This document shows, in pieces, positions 29,395 to 38,500 of a stretch of 64,000 nucleotides of DNA. The translations under genes were made by a program, and so were the position numbers. How positions within the stretch are numbered: position 1 is the stretch's first letter; the number at the start of each line of letters is the position of its first letter. The notes under the pieces are model-generated. The model was given only the letters and a program-made list of their open reading frames with translations. It was not told the origin of the DNA and ran no database searches. This DNA is from Candidatus Eiseniibacteriota bacterium (lineage in GTDB: Bacteria > Eisenbacteria > RBG-16-71-46 > JABDJR01). Where the stretch lies: NCBI GenBank assembly GCA_963762255.1, contig CAVXKA010000001.1, forward strand, positions 1,600,001 through 1,664,000, read 5' to 3'.

Positions 29395-29582
29395 CGCGAC
29401 CGGTCTCCTGACTTGCGGGTCGTCCTCGGGTCGCCCCTTCCCGGAGGATTGATCCTCCAGTGGGTTCGTTCTCGCCGGGCGCGTCTTCCACCGCGCGTCG
29501 CCGAGATGCGACCGTCGTCGCCGCTCACAGTGGCGGGTCCGTGCCGGATTCACACCGGCTTCCCGTATCACCGCGGACGTTT
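29395..29582 (-). ncRNA. Cobalamin riboswitch
   Basis: Minus strand GGUGAUACGGGAAGCCGGUGUGAAUCCGGCACGGACCCGCCACUGUGA...CCACUG...GGGAAGG...AAGUCAGGAGACC (B12 box), upstream of a BtuB-like operon. Confidence 0.93.
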
Positions 29583-29588
29583 GCCGGC

Positions 29589-29617
29589 AGCATACTCGCG
29601 CATGAAGCCCCGGTCAA
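29589..29617 (-). promoter_or_regulatory. Sigma70-type promoter for the riboswitch operon
   Basis: TTGACC-N17-TATGCT directly upstream of the aptamer. Confidence 0.7.
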
Positions 29618-29632
29618 GATCGCGGCAGCCCA

Positions 29633-29661
29633 TTGTCTCCGGCCGTCGATATGTGGATAAT
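29633..29661 (+). promoter_or_regulatory. Divergent sigma70-type promoter for the hybrid kinase
   Basis: TTGTCT-N17-GATAAT. Confidence 0.45.
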
Positions 29662-29744
29662 GCCTGCAGTTGACCGGGCAGTTCCGCGGGGCGATCGTGC
29701 GCCCCGCCACTCTGGAAAGTCCCCGATGGGATGGGAGCCCCACC

Positions 29745-32414
29745 GTGAACCGTGCCTCCGGCGCCAGCCTGCGGTTCTTGCTCCTTGGCGTGGTCATCCT
29801 CGCGCTGGCCCCTCTATTCGTGCTCACGTTCTTCACCGCGGCGCGCAATCGCGCGGCAGCGGGGCGCGACTTCGAGCAACACGCCCTCCAGTTCGCGGAA
29901 ATCGTCTCTCTGCAGGAGCGCGAAATGATGGAGCGGGGGAGATCAATCCTCCTCTCCATGTCGGAGGCCGCCGAGATCCGGGCGATGGTGGGGGCCGCGC
30001 CGAGCGCCCCGAGACCGGAGGATGTTCGCCGAGCCGACGAGTACCTCGCCCGGCAGCTCCGCCTCCATCCCGAATACCTGAACCTGGGCTTCGCCGACAT
30101 TACCGGCCGCGTCTGGTGCAGCGCCCTCCCGTTGCCCGAAATCGTGAACGTCAGCGACCGCGATTATTTCCGGCGGGCCGTAGCCGAAAAGGGATTCGGG
30201 GTCGGTGTCTATCAAGTAGGCCGGATCACCGGCAAGCCGGCCATCAACCTCGGCCAAGCGGTCCTCGATCCGCAGGGCGACGTTGTCGGAGTGGTCTACC
30301 TGGCCAGCGATCTCAGAATCACCGATCAGTTCAGCGGACAGATGCACGTGTCGCTCCCCGACGCCGTAGCCGTCACCATCCTCGACCGCAACGGCGTCAT
30401 TCTGGTGCGACATCCCGGCGAGTCTCGGGCAGTCGGGACGCGCGCGCAGGAGATCGCGCTCATCAAGGACGGGTTGCCGCAGGGGCATGGAATCGCCCAC
30501 GGCGTGGACTCGACCGGCACGCGCTACCTTCACGTGTTCTCGCGAGTCTCGGGCGGTGTCCGGTCAGGCGACGCCTATGTTCTTCTGACTTTCCCCGAAG
30601 AAGAGGCGTATCGCCAGATCAACGCGGAGCTGCGCCGGTATCTGCTGACCCTGGCCGCGGTGGCGGCGGCGGCGATTCTGCTCGGCTATCTCGCCATCGT
30701 CACGGTCGTGCTGCGTCCGGCACGATCGCTACTGCGGGCGACGGATCGCCTCACCGCCGGGGATCTCACCGCTCGCGCCGGTCCGCCCTACGGCGGCGGC
30801 GAGGTGGGCGCTCTCTCGATCGCTTTCGACCGCATGGCGGTGGCGTTGCAGGAGCGGCAGGAGGAGCGGGACCGTGCCGAGGCCGCGCTGCGGGTTTCCG
30901 AAGCGAACTACCGGTCGCTGGTCAACGAGGCACCCTACGGCATCGTCCGGGCCGACGTGAACGGCCGGCTGCTGGAGGTCAACCCCGCCGCCGTGAAGAT
31001 GTTCGGTTACGACTCGGAGGAGGAACTGAAGCGAGTCAATACCAAGGACCTGTACTGCGACCCTGAGGAACGAGCGGACCTTCTGAAGGACTTGCTGAAG
31101 AAGAAGACGGCCACCGAGAGGTCCGGCTTCAAGTGCATGCGGAAGGACGGGAGCATCATCACGATCCGCCTCGCCGCGCGGTGGGTCTTGGACGATTCAG
31201 GGAAGCCGCTGCATATCGACGCCGTGGTCGTGGACGAGACCGAACGGCATCACCTGGAGCAGCAGCTCGCGCAGGCCCAGAAGATGGAGGCGGTGGGCCG
31301 TCTCGCCGGCGGGATCGCTCACGACTTCAACAATCTGCTCGGAGTGATCCTCGGCCACAGCGATCTCATGCTGCAGGATCTGGGGCCGGACGCCCCCAAC
31401 ATGGCTGCGCTGCGGGAGGTCCGGGACGCCGCGGCACACGGGGCGGCTCTGACCCGGCAACTCCTGGGCTTCAGTCGCCTCCAGGTGACCCAGCCGGCTG
31501 TCCTCGACATCAACACGCCGGTGGCGAATGTGCGACGCATCCTGGAGCGGCTCATCGGCGAGAGCTATACGCTGCAAGTGGAGGCCGGATCCGGGCTGCC
31601 TGCGGTATGCATCGACCCCATCCAGGTGGAACAGGTCGTGATGAACCTGGTGATCAACGCGCGGGATTCGATGCCGGCCGAAGGCGTGATCACCCTGACC
31701 ACGGCGGCCGTGAAGTTCACCGATTCCACCGTCGTCGTCGGCGGGGACATGCCCCCGGGTGAGTATGTCTGTCTTGCGGTGCGTGATCACGGTGTGGGCA
31801 TCGCCCCCGAGGTCCGACCGTACATTTTCGAGCCTTTCTTCACCACGAAGGAGAGCCCACGGGACACCGGACTCGGTCTGGCGATCGTGTTCGGCATCGC
31901 CACGCAGGCCGAAGGATTCGTGAGAGTCCAGAGCGAAGTGGGCAAGGGGACGATCGTGGAAGTCTTCCTTCCCCTGTGCCGGCGAGCGCCGGCGCCGGCG
32001 CCCGCGGCGCCGCGGCAAGCCGATTCCTGGTTGAGAGGCAGCGAGACCATTCTCCTCGTGGAGGATGAGGAGGCGCTCCAGTTGTTGCTGAGCACGGTGC
32101 TATCTCGTGCCGGCTATCGCGTGATGTCAGCCAGAAACGCACCGCAGGCGCTGACCCTGGCCGGACATGGCGTCGAGGGCATCGACCTGCTCGTCAGCGA
32201 CGTAATCATGCCGGGCATGGGCGGGCGTGAGCTGGCCGACCGGCTCCTGTCGCGGCGGCCGGAGCTCAAGGTGCTCTTCATCTCGGGCTATCCCAACGAT
32301 GCTTTGGGAACCGTGGGCTCGCCCGGCGCCGAATTGGCGTTCCTCACCAAGCCATTCACGGCCGATGAGCTGCTGCGCAAAGTGCGGGAGACGCTGGACC
32401 GCGAATCGGCGTAA
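29745..32414 (+). CDS. Hybrid sensor histidine kinase (Cache-HAMP-PAS-HisKA-HATPase-REC)
   Basis: Two TM helices, SDRDYFRRA, GGIAHDFNNLL, NLVINARDSM, FEPFFTTK, ILLVEDE, SDVIMPGM, KPF. Start may instead be the TTG at 29670. Confidence 0.9.
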   Translation: MNRASGASLRFLLLGVVILALAPLFVLTFFTAARNRAAAGRDFEQHALQFAEIVSLQEREMMERGRSILLSMSEAAEIRAMVGAAPSAPRPEDVRRADEYLARQLRLHPEYLNLGFADITGRVWCSALPLPEIVNVSDRDYFRRAVAEKGFGVGVYQVGRITGKPAINLGQAVLDPQGDVVGVVYLASDLRITDQFSGQMHVSLPDAVAVTILDRNGVILVRHPGESRAVGTRAQEIALIKDGLPQGHGIAHGVDSTGTRYLHVFSRVSGGVRSGDAYVLLTFPEEEAYRQINAELRRYLLTLAAVAAAAILLGYLAIVTVVLRPARSLLRATDRLTAGDLTARAGPPYGGGEVGALSIAFDRMAVALQERQEERDRAEAALRVSEANYRSLVNEAPYGIVRADVNGRLLEVNPAAVKMFGYDSEEELKRVNTKDLYCDPEERADLLKDLLKKKTATERSGFKCMRKDGSIITIRLAARWVLDDSGKPLHIDAVVVDETERHHLEQQLAQAQKMEAVGRLAGGIAHDFNNLLGVILGHSDLMLQDLGPDAPNMAALREVRDAAAHGAALTRQLLGFSRLQVTQPAVLDINTPVANVRRILERLIGESYTLQVEAGSGLPAVCIDPIQVEQVVMNLVINARDSMPAEGVITLTTAAVKFTDSTVVVGGDMPPGEYVCLAVRDHGVGIAPEVRPYIFEPFFTTKESPRDTGLGLAIVFGIATQAEGFVRVQSEVGKGTIVEVFLPLCRRAPAPAPAAPRQADSWLRGSETILLVEDEEALQLLLSTVLSRAGYRVMSARNAPQALTLAGHGVEGIDLLVSDVIMPGMGGRELADRLLSRRPELKVLFISGYPNDALGTVGSPGAELAFLTKPFTADELLRKVRETLDRESA

Positions 32415-32461
32415 GGGGCAGGAATAGGGGACCGGCGCCGTCAGCGCGAGGGGATGCGCGT

Positions 32462-34858
32462 TCAGCGTGAGCGGGGCTTCTCGATCCCGAGCTTCTTGAT
32501 CCGTCCGGCAAGCGTGGTGCGGCTCATGCCGAGGATGCGCGCAGCCGCGGTGGTGTTCCACTCGGCGCTCTCGAGCGCGTTGCGCACCCGGGCGCGTTCG
32601 ATCTCCTCCAACTCCGCCGGCAGGGAACCGATGTCGTCCCCGGACGTGACTCCAAGGAAGTGGCGTGGGTAGAGGAAACCCTGGGTGCCCGCCAGCGCCA
32701 CCGCGCGCTCGATGGCCAGCTTCAACTCGCGGACGTTCCCCGGCCACGATTGCCCCATGAGCCACTGCGTCGTCTCGAACGTGAGTTCGAGCGACTTTCC
32801 CTGGCTCCGGTTCGCGTGCTCGACGAAGTGCTGAGCGAGAGGGGGGACGTCCCCGAGGCGCTCCCGCAAGGGCGGCAATGTCACTTCGAGGCCGCGCAGG
32901 CGGAAGTAGAGGTCCTTGCGGAACCGCCCGCTCTCGACGGCCTTCACCAGGTCCACGTTCGTGGCGGCGACGATGCGCACGTCTACGACCTCATGCTTGG
33001 TGCCGCCGACCGGCCGCAACTCACCTGTCTCCAGCACGCGCAGGAGCTTGGCCTGCGCGGAGGCGGACATCTCACCGATCTCATCGAGGAACAACGTGCC
33101 TTGGTGCGCCTCGCGGAAGAGGCCGGGCTTGTCGTAGATCGCTCCGGTAAACGCGCCGCGGCGGTGCCCGAAGAGTTCGCTCTCCAGGATCTCCGCGGGA
33201 AGCGCGCCGCAGTTGATGGCGAGGAAGGATTGGGCCACGCGCGGGCTCAATTCGTGCACGAGGCGGGCGAAGAGTTCCTTCCCGGTGCCGCTCTGGCCGT
33301 GGATGAGGATCGGGACCTTGGTGGGGGCCAGCTTCGCGATGATGGAGGCCTGGTTCTCGAGACGCCTGGATGCGGTGATGATGCCGAAGCGCCGCAGGTC
33401 GACCCGAGGGAGTTCGTCGGCGAGACTTGAGCCGGCTGGATCGAGAGAGGCCGGCGCATGGTTGGCGGCGAGGGACGGACCCTCGGCCGGAAGGAATCCC
33501 AGTTCCTCTCGAATCGTGCGCCAGCGCTCGAACATGGGGCGGGCGCCGCCGGCTTCGGCGAGGTACTCGACGCGGGTCCACCATTCGTCGGCGACGTCCG
33601 GGCGATCGAGGCTGTCGGCCACGGTGACGATGCGTCGCGCGGTCAGGAGGTGCTCGTAGCCGTACCCAAGCCGGGCTGCCCGGTTCGCGTGCTCGATCAG
33701 CTTGTCGAGAGCCGATTCGCCTCCACCGTTCAGCCACTCGATCTCGGCGTCTACCCGGTCGAGGGCCAGGGTGTCCTCGGCTTCGCTGGCTGTCTCTGCG
33801 TGCTTGCGCGCGCGCCGGACGTGGAGGGTTGCATACCGAGGGTGGTCGCGCTCGACCCAGAACTCGGCGAGCCAGCGGTGGAGTTCGATGGCGGCATCAG
33901 AATGAGTGGACACGCGGCGCGCGCACCTGAGCGCCTCGGCCATCGATCTGAGCGCCTCGAGTGAACGGTCCTCCAACGCGAAACCGCAACCTAGATATTC
34001 ATGCCCTTGACCCTCCTCTCTCGGTGAGTCTAGCCGTCTCGCCAAAGCGATCGCCTCACATGCCAGCTCACGTGCCTCTGCTGCCTTGCCCATTCGCACA
34101 CCCGCGATCGCCATCCCCAGCCTTCCGCGGAGCTCTCGCATGGGCGAGTTCATGAGTGGCGACGATTGCGCAGTGAATGCGTAGCAGTCATGGGCAGAAT
34201 CCAGGGCTCCACTCTCCAAGAATGTGCTACCAAGATTGAGAGAGACTGACGCCAGGAGCGATGGTTCCTCAATGGCCAAGCAGATGGTCCTCGCTCTTGA
34301 CAAGAGCGCTCTTGCGCTGTGTGGATCGCCTTGAAGTCGGTAGGCTGAACCAAGCGCGAAGCTCGCCCGGACTTCGTCAAACTGATTGATCCCGGTCGAC
34401 GAGAAGAGAGCTTTGCTCAACTCGAGATGCGAGATCGCGGAGGCCAAGTGGCCCGATCCGAGTTCGCAGACACCCAGACCAAGCAAGCCTTCTGCTTGAA
34501 GAGCGGGTATCCCTTCCGCGCTCCCCTCCGTACGCAGAGCCTCGGCAGCGCGCTGTGCCCGATGCAGTCGACCACTGTAGAAAGGGACGTTCCAGAGTCC
34601 GTGGAGGAGTCGCACAAACTCCCCTTGCTCAGCGGGGGGAAGGGCTCGCCACACCGTGATCGCTTTGAGAGTGGCTGTCTTTCTGGCTTGAGGAGAACCT
34701 GACTCAAATTCCACACGCATCTCGTCAGCCGCGACATATGCGTCTCTACCGACCTTTGATCTCGCTGTGGCTTCAAACCCAGGACGTGGGCAAGCCACTT
34801 GCGTGGACGTCAGGTGCGTGAGTCTCTCCAGCAGTTCGCGCTCGTTCCGGACTGCCAT
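32462..34858 (-). CDS. Sigma54-dependent enhancer-binding protein with N-terminal TPR-like array
   Basis: Walker A GQSGTGKE, ESELFGH, GAFTGA, Walker B LFLDEI, FRKDLYFRL, WPGNVREL, Fis HTH; the first ~450 aa are helical repeats (LGLGVC, LGSAY, LNLGSTF, EYLGC). Confidence 0.9.
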   Translation of the reverse strand: MAVRNERELLERLTHLTSTQVACPRPGFEATARSKVGRDAYVAADEMRVEFESGSPQARKTATLKAITVWRALPPAEQGEFVRLLHGLWNVPFYSGRLHRAQRAAEALRTEGSAEGIPALQAEGLLGLGVCELGSGHLASAISHLELSKALFSSTGINQFDEVRASFALGSAYRLQGDPHSARALLSRARTICLAIEEPSLLASVSLNLGSTFLESGALDSAHDCYAFTAQSSPLMNSPMRELRGRLGMAIAGVRMGKAAEARELACEAIALARRLDSPREEGQGHEYLGCGFALEDRSLEALRSMAEALRCARRVSTHSDAAIELHRWLAEFWVERDHPRYATLHVRRARKHAETASEAEDTLALDRVDAEIEWLNGGGESALDKLIEHANRAARLGYGYEHLLTARRIVTVADSLDRPDVADEWWTRVEYLAEAGGARPMFERWRTIREELGFLPAEGPSLAANHAPASLDPAGSSLADELPRVDLRRFGIITASRRLENQASIIAKLAPTKVPILIHGQSGTGKELFARLVHELSPRVAQSFLAINCGALPAEILESELFGHRRGAFTGAIYDKPGLFREAHQGTLFLDEIGEMSASAQAKLLRVLETGELRPVGGTKHEVVDVRIVAATNVDLVKAVESGRFRKDLYFRLRGLEVTLPPLRERLGDVPPLAQHFVEHANRSQGKSLELTFETTQWLMGQSWPGNVRELKLAIERAVALAGTQGFLYPRHFLGVTSGDDIGSLPAELEEIERARVRNALESAEWNTTAAARILGMSRTTLAGRIKKLGIEKPRSR

Positions 34859-34861
34859 CGT

Positions 34862-35167
34862 CTAGATCCACCTGAGAAGCAACTGGGTGATGAACGAGAG
34901 AACGGCCTGGGACAGAGACGCCGCGGGCCCGACCCTCACGCCAGTGTGATAAACCGTGGGGAAGAGTTGGCGATCAGGTGCTCCCCACTGATCCGGTTTG
35001 CTCTCCAGCCCCCCCCCAAAATCGCCTAGGTCCTGGGCGATGTGAGACGTCCGGGCCAGTGCAGGCTGAGGGATGAAAGACAAACTGATCATGACGACCA
35101 ATGAAACGCAGAAGGCGAGAATCAAGAGACGCGCGATCTGGTGGGTGAGACCGCGGAATATTGCCAT
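34862..35167 (-). CDS. Small secreted protein / candidate signalling propeptide (101 aa)
   Basis: GGAGG RBS before ATG 35167; Sec signal MAIFRGLTHQIARLLILAFCVSLVVMISLSFIPQPALA; stop codon 3 nt before the activator ATG. Confidence 0.7.
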   Translation of the reverse strand: MAIFRGLTHQIARLLILAFCVSLVVMISLSFIPQPALARTSHIAQDLGDFGGGLESKPDQWGAPDRQLFPTVYHTGVRVGPAASLSQAVLSFITQLLLRWI

Positions 35168-35290
35168 CGGGGTTGTCCTCCACTTGGGGACGGGGTCCCG
35201 GCCGAAACCGCCGCAGATGCCATCAGCGGAGCAGGTCTTGACTTGACCGCATTGGCGGCACGCCGAGGACATGGCTACAAAGTAGCCAGT

Positions 35291-35320
35291 AAGATACATT
35301 ATCTGCCGTGGGCTTGTCAA
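35291..35320 (-). promoter_or_regulatory. Sigma70-type promoter for the peptide-activator operon
   Basis: TTGACA-N18-TATCTT. Confidence 0.55.
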
Positions 35321-35489
35321 GAGTGACGGGATAGGAGCATCAGGAGATCTGCGAAAACATGACTATCTTGGTTGCAATTGGAGGTGACGCATGGGCCGGG
35401 TGCACCCGAGGCGAGGGCAACCGGTTGCATGTCGACGACAGAGTGCGTGTTAACCCGAGATATGCATTGACCCCCGGTCCGCGGTAACC

Positions 35490-35525
35490 GAAACAGCGAG
35501 GCCGGGCCCATCACGGACCCGGCCA
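35490..35525 (-). terminator. Probable terminator after the S9 peptidase gene
   Basis: GGCCGGGUCC-GUGAU-GGGCCCGGCC hairpin with a weak U-tail. Confidence 0.45.
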
Positions 35526-35566
35526 TCGCTCAACGAACTGCCAACGTCTCGTCTACCGAACTGGGG

Positions 35567-38320
35567 CTACTTCCCCGCCCCCGCCGCCGGCGTCATCGAC
35601 GTGAGCGTCGATGTCATGGTCGCGCCGCCCATCGAGGGCATCTTCTGCTCCCCGCGCACCGCGAAGTGCGGCGCCTCGCGGGTGACCCACGACTTCATCC
35701 CGCCGCCCGGCTCGTCGTCGATCGGGGTCAACTCGACCACGAACGTCGGGAACGATCCCGCGCCGCTCGATGAGATGTCGCTCCCGATAACCGCGAGCTT
35801 CATCGTTCGCACCTTCTGGCTATTGACCTCGAACACGCGAACCGTGGCGGTGTACCCCTCGGCGAGCGGCAGCGTCGCAACCGCCAGGGCGAGCCCCGAC
35901 CCGTCCGTCCACACCGGCGCGTCGAGCTTCACCTCCACCGGGAGCGTTTGCCCGCCGCCGACCAGCTCACCCGAGATCTTGTCCGCGGCGTACTGGAGCT
36001 TGATCGATCCCATGCCGCTCGCGGTCTGACTGACCGGCATCAGCGTCTTGCGATCGAGAAGCAGCGTGCTCTCCTGCATGCCCATCGGGGTCTCGATCAC
36101 GTCGTTCACGCTCCACAGCGATCGCCCCGCGTCCTTGATCGCCTCGATCGTACGCGTGATCTTGAGATCTAGCTTCTGCCCGCCCGCCTCGATGCTGACG
36201 TCGTAAGCGAGCTTGTTGTCCTTGATGAGGCTGCCATCCAGCGTGGGCAGCGCCGACGTCTTGGCCGTCTCCGCGACCTTAACGGCCGCGGCATCGGGGA
36301 GCTTCACGGACGCAGGATCGACGGTGATCTCCTTGAGCCGCGCGGCGATCTTGTCAGGGACGTCCTGTTGCACCCGCCCGCCCAGGTTCTTGGCGAGGAA
36401 TCGCTCCATGGCCACCGCCAGCGCCATCCGGTTCTCCGCCGAGCGGAACCCGTGTCCCTCGTCGGGCGCCACGATGTACTCCACCGGCATCCCCTTGTCG
36501 CGCAGCGAGACCACGATGCGATCCGACTCCGCCTGCTTCACGCGAGGATCGTTGGCGCCGTGCACCACGAGGAGCGGCACCTTGATCCGGTCCACGAAGT
36601 TGATCGGCGAGCGCGCCTCCAAGTCCTTCCGATCGTTCGGATCGGCCGGATCGCCCACGCGCAGGTACCACGAGCCCTTCAGGAACGGCCGCCAGTAGGC
36701 GGGGAAGGACTCCATCAGCGTGATGAGGTTGGACGGTGCGACGTAGGGAATCGCGCACTTGTAGAGGTCGGGCGTGAACGTGACCCCGGCCAGGGTCGCG
36801 TAGCCGCCGTACGAACCGCCGAAGATCGTCACGCGCTTCGGGTCCGCAATGCCTTCCTTGATCAGCCACTGCACGCCGTCGGTGAGGTCGTGCTGCATGG
36901 CGCCGGTGCCCCACTCGTGGTTGCCGGCGTTGAGGAACTTCTTGCCGTAGCCGGTGGAAGTCCGGAAGTTCGGCTGGATGACGGCGTAGCCCCGGTTGGC
37001 CAGGAACTGCGCATAGGGCTCATATCCCCAACTGTCACGCGCCCACGGGCCGCCGTGGGGATACATGACGAGGGGGAGGTTCTTGGGCTCGACCCCCCTG
37101 GGCAGGGTGAGCAGCGCGGGGATTTCCATCCCGTCGCGCGCCTTGTAGCGCACAGCCTTCATCTCGGCAAGGTTCTCGCTCGGTAGGTCGGGCCGTGACC
37201 GGTAGAGCAGCGTGAACTCACCGGACTGCCGGTCGTAGAGATAGATGGAGCCGGGATCCACGTCGCTCTGCACGGCGATCAGATGCCAGCGCATGTCCTT
37301 CGTGGAGGATCCCACCCCGATGTTGCCGGGCGGCAGCTTCTCGCGGATGAGCTTCAGGTCCCGCTCGAACTCCGGGGTGCGCGCATAGATGCGCTGGCGA
37401 TCGCCGTCGTACACCGTGCCGATCAACTCGTAGGTGCGGGAATCGAAGAGCGGCGCCCCGAAGTCCACCTGGTTCTCCGGATCCGACTCCACCAACTCCG
37501 TCTTGCCGGTCATCGGATCCATGAGGACGAGCCGGGTGAGATCGACGTCATCGCCCTTGTTGGTCTCGAAATAGACCTTCTTGCCGTCCGGTGTGAACAT
37601 CAGCGGGCCGGCCGCCTCGAGGTAGGAGACCTCGTAGATCGGGATCAGCTTCTCGCCCTCGACGCGGAAGAACTGGCTCCCCCCGTCCTCCTTCTGCTTC
37701 ATGGCGAGGCGGACGTTCCCCTCGAGGTCGAAGGTGTAGCCGCCGACGCTGTCCGTGTTCTTGATGAGGAGCGTTCGATCGCCGGTCGCGATGCTCACCG
37801 TGTAGACGTCGCTGAACATGGGATCGCGATCGTTCAACCCGACCAGAATCACGTCGGGCTTGTTCTCCGGAAGCGCGTAGATCGTCGCGCGCGCGCCTTC
37901 AACGGGTGTGAGATCGCGCGCCGAGGGCACGCCGCTCGCCGCTTCGGGGGCCCCCGCCGGATCCACCGAGTAGACGTGCCAGTTCTCGTTGCCGCCCTTG
38001 TCCTGCACGTACAGAACGTAGCGGCTGTCGTGGCTCCAGAAGTAACCCACGACCGGCCGCTCGTCGGCGGTGAGGGGCTTGGCCGCGTCGAAGGGCTCTT
38101 CGCGCTTCTTGACCCAGATGTTGCGCACATCCTTGTAAGGCTTCACGAAGGTGATCCACTGCCCGTCGGGCGAGATTTGGGCGCCCGAGATTTGCGGATC
38201 GCCGAAGAAGAGTTCCCGGTCGATCAGCGGCGGGAGATCGGCTCGCGCCGGCGTTACCCCGGCCAGCACGGCCAGGCCGAGCAAAGCGACCAAGACGGGA
38301 ACGAACAGCTTCCTGCACAT
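35567..38320 (-). CDS. Secreted S9-family peptidase with an extra C-terminal domain
   Basis: GGAGGAG RBS, signal peptide ARA-D; [15 protein letters not shown] (Ser), NDPRV (Asp), DEGHGF (His). Confidence 0.9.
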   Translation of the reverse strand: MCRKLFVPVLVALLGLAVLAGVTPARADLPPLIDRELFFGDPQISGAQISPDGQWITFVKPYKDVRNIWVKKREEPFDAAKPLTADERPVVGYFWSHDSRYVLYVQDKGGNENWHVYSVDPAGAPEAASGVPSARDLTPVEGARATIYALPENKPDVILVGLNDRDPMFSDVYTVSIATGDRTLLIKNTDSVGGYTFDLEGNVRLAMKQKEDGGSQFFRVEGEKLIPIYEVSYLEAAGPLMFTPDGKKVYFETNKGDDVDLTRLVLMDPMTGKTELVESDPENQVDFGAPLFDSRTYELIGTVYDGDRQRIYARTPEFERDLKLIREKLPPGNIGVGSSTKDMRWHLIAVQSDVDPGSIYLYDRQSGEFTLLYRSRPDLPSENLAEMKAVRYKARDGMEIPALLTLPRGVEPKNLPLVMYPHGGPWARDSWGYEPYAQFLANRGYAVIQPNFRTSTGYGKKFLNAGNHEWGTGAMQHDLTDGVQWLIKEGIADPKRVTIFGGSYGGYATLAGVTFTPDLYKCAIPYVAPSNLITLMESFPAYWRPFLKGSWYLRVGDPADPNDRKDLEARSPINFVDRIKVPLLVVHGANDPRVKQAESDRIVVSLRDKGMPVEYIVAPDEGHGFRSAENRMALAVAMERFLAKNLGGRVQQDVPDKIAARLKEITVDPASVKLPDAAAVKVAETAKTSALPTLDGSLIKDNKLAYDVSIEAGGQKLDLKITRTIEAIKDAGRSLWSVNDVIETPMGMQESTLLLDRKTLMPVSQTASGMGSIKLQYAADKISGELVGGGQTLPVEVKLDAPVWTDGSGLALAVATLPLAEGYTATVRVFEVNSQKVRTMKLAVIGSDISSSGAGSFPTFVVELTPIDDEPGGGMKSWVTREAPHFAVRGEQKMPSMGGATMTSTLTSMTPAAGAGK

Positions 38321-38394
38321 CGTCAACATCTCCTCCCAATAGAGGGGGATAGAGCCGAGGATCGGCTTGAAGGGGATCTGCGAGGGGTGGCCGG

Positions 38395-38446
38395 ATTCTA
38401 GCGTATTGGGCGGGGGGTGACGATCTCCATTCCATTCGACTAGAAT
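38395..38446. promoter_or_regulatory. Divergent -10 elements
   Basis: TAGAAT on minus (38395-38400) and plus (38441-38446) between divergent genes; the plus copy has GTGACG 18 nt upstream. Confidence 0.35.
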
Positions 38447-38500
38447 GCAGGCGGATTGTGCGGTTCGCCCACCTCTTGTCCCGAATACAAGGAGTCGACC

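Noticed and set aside
35413-35430. Plus-strand GG-N10-GC (GAGGGCAACCGGTTGCA) as a sigma54 promoter
   Set aside because: It points into the 3' end of a minus-strand gene with no downstream ORF; kept only as a palindrome.
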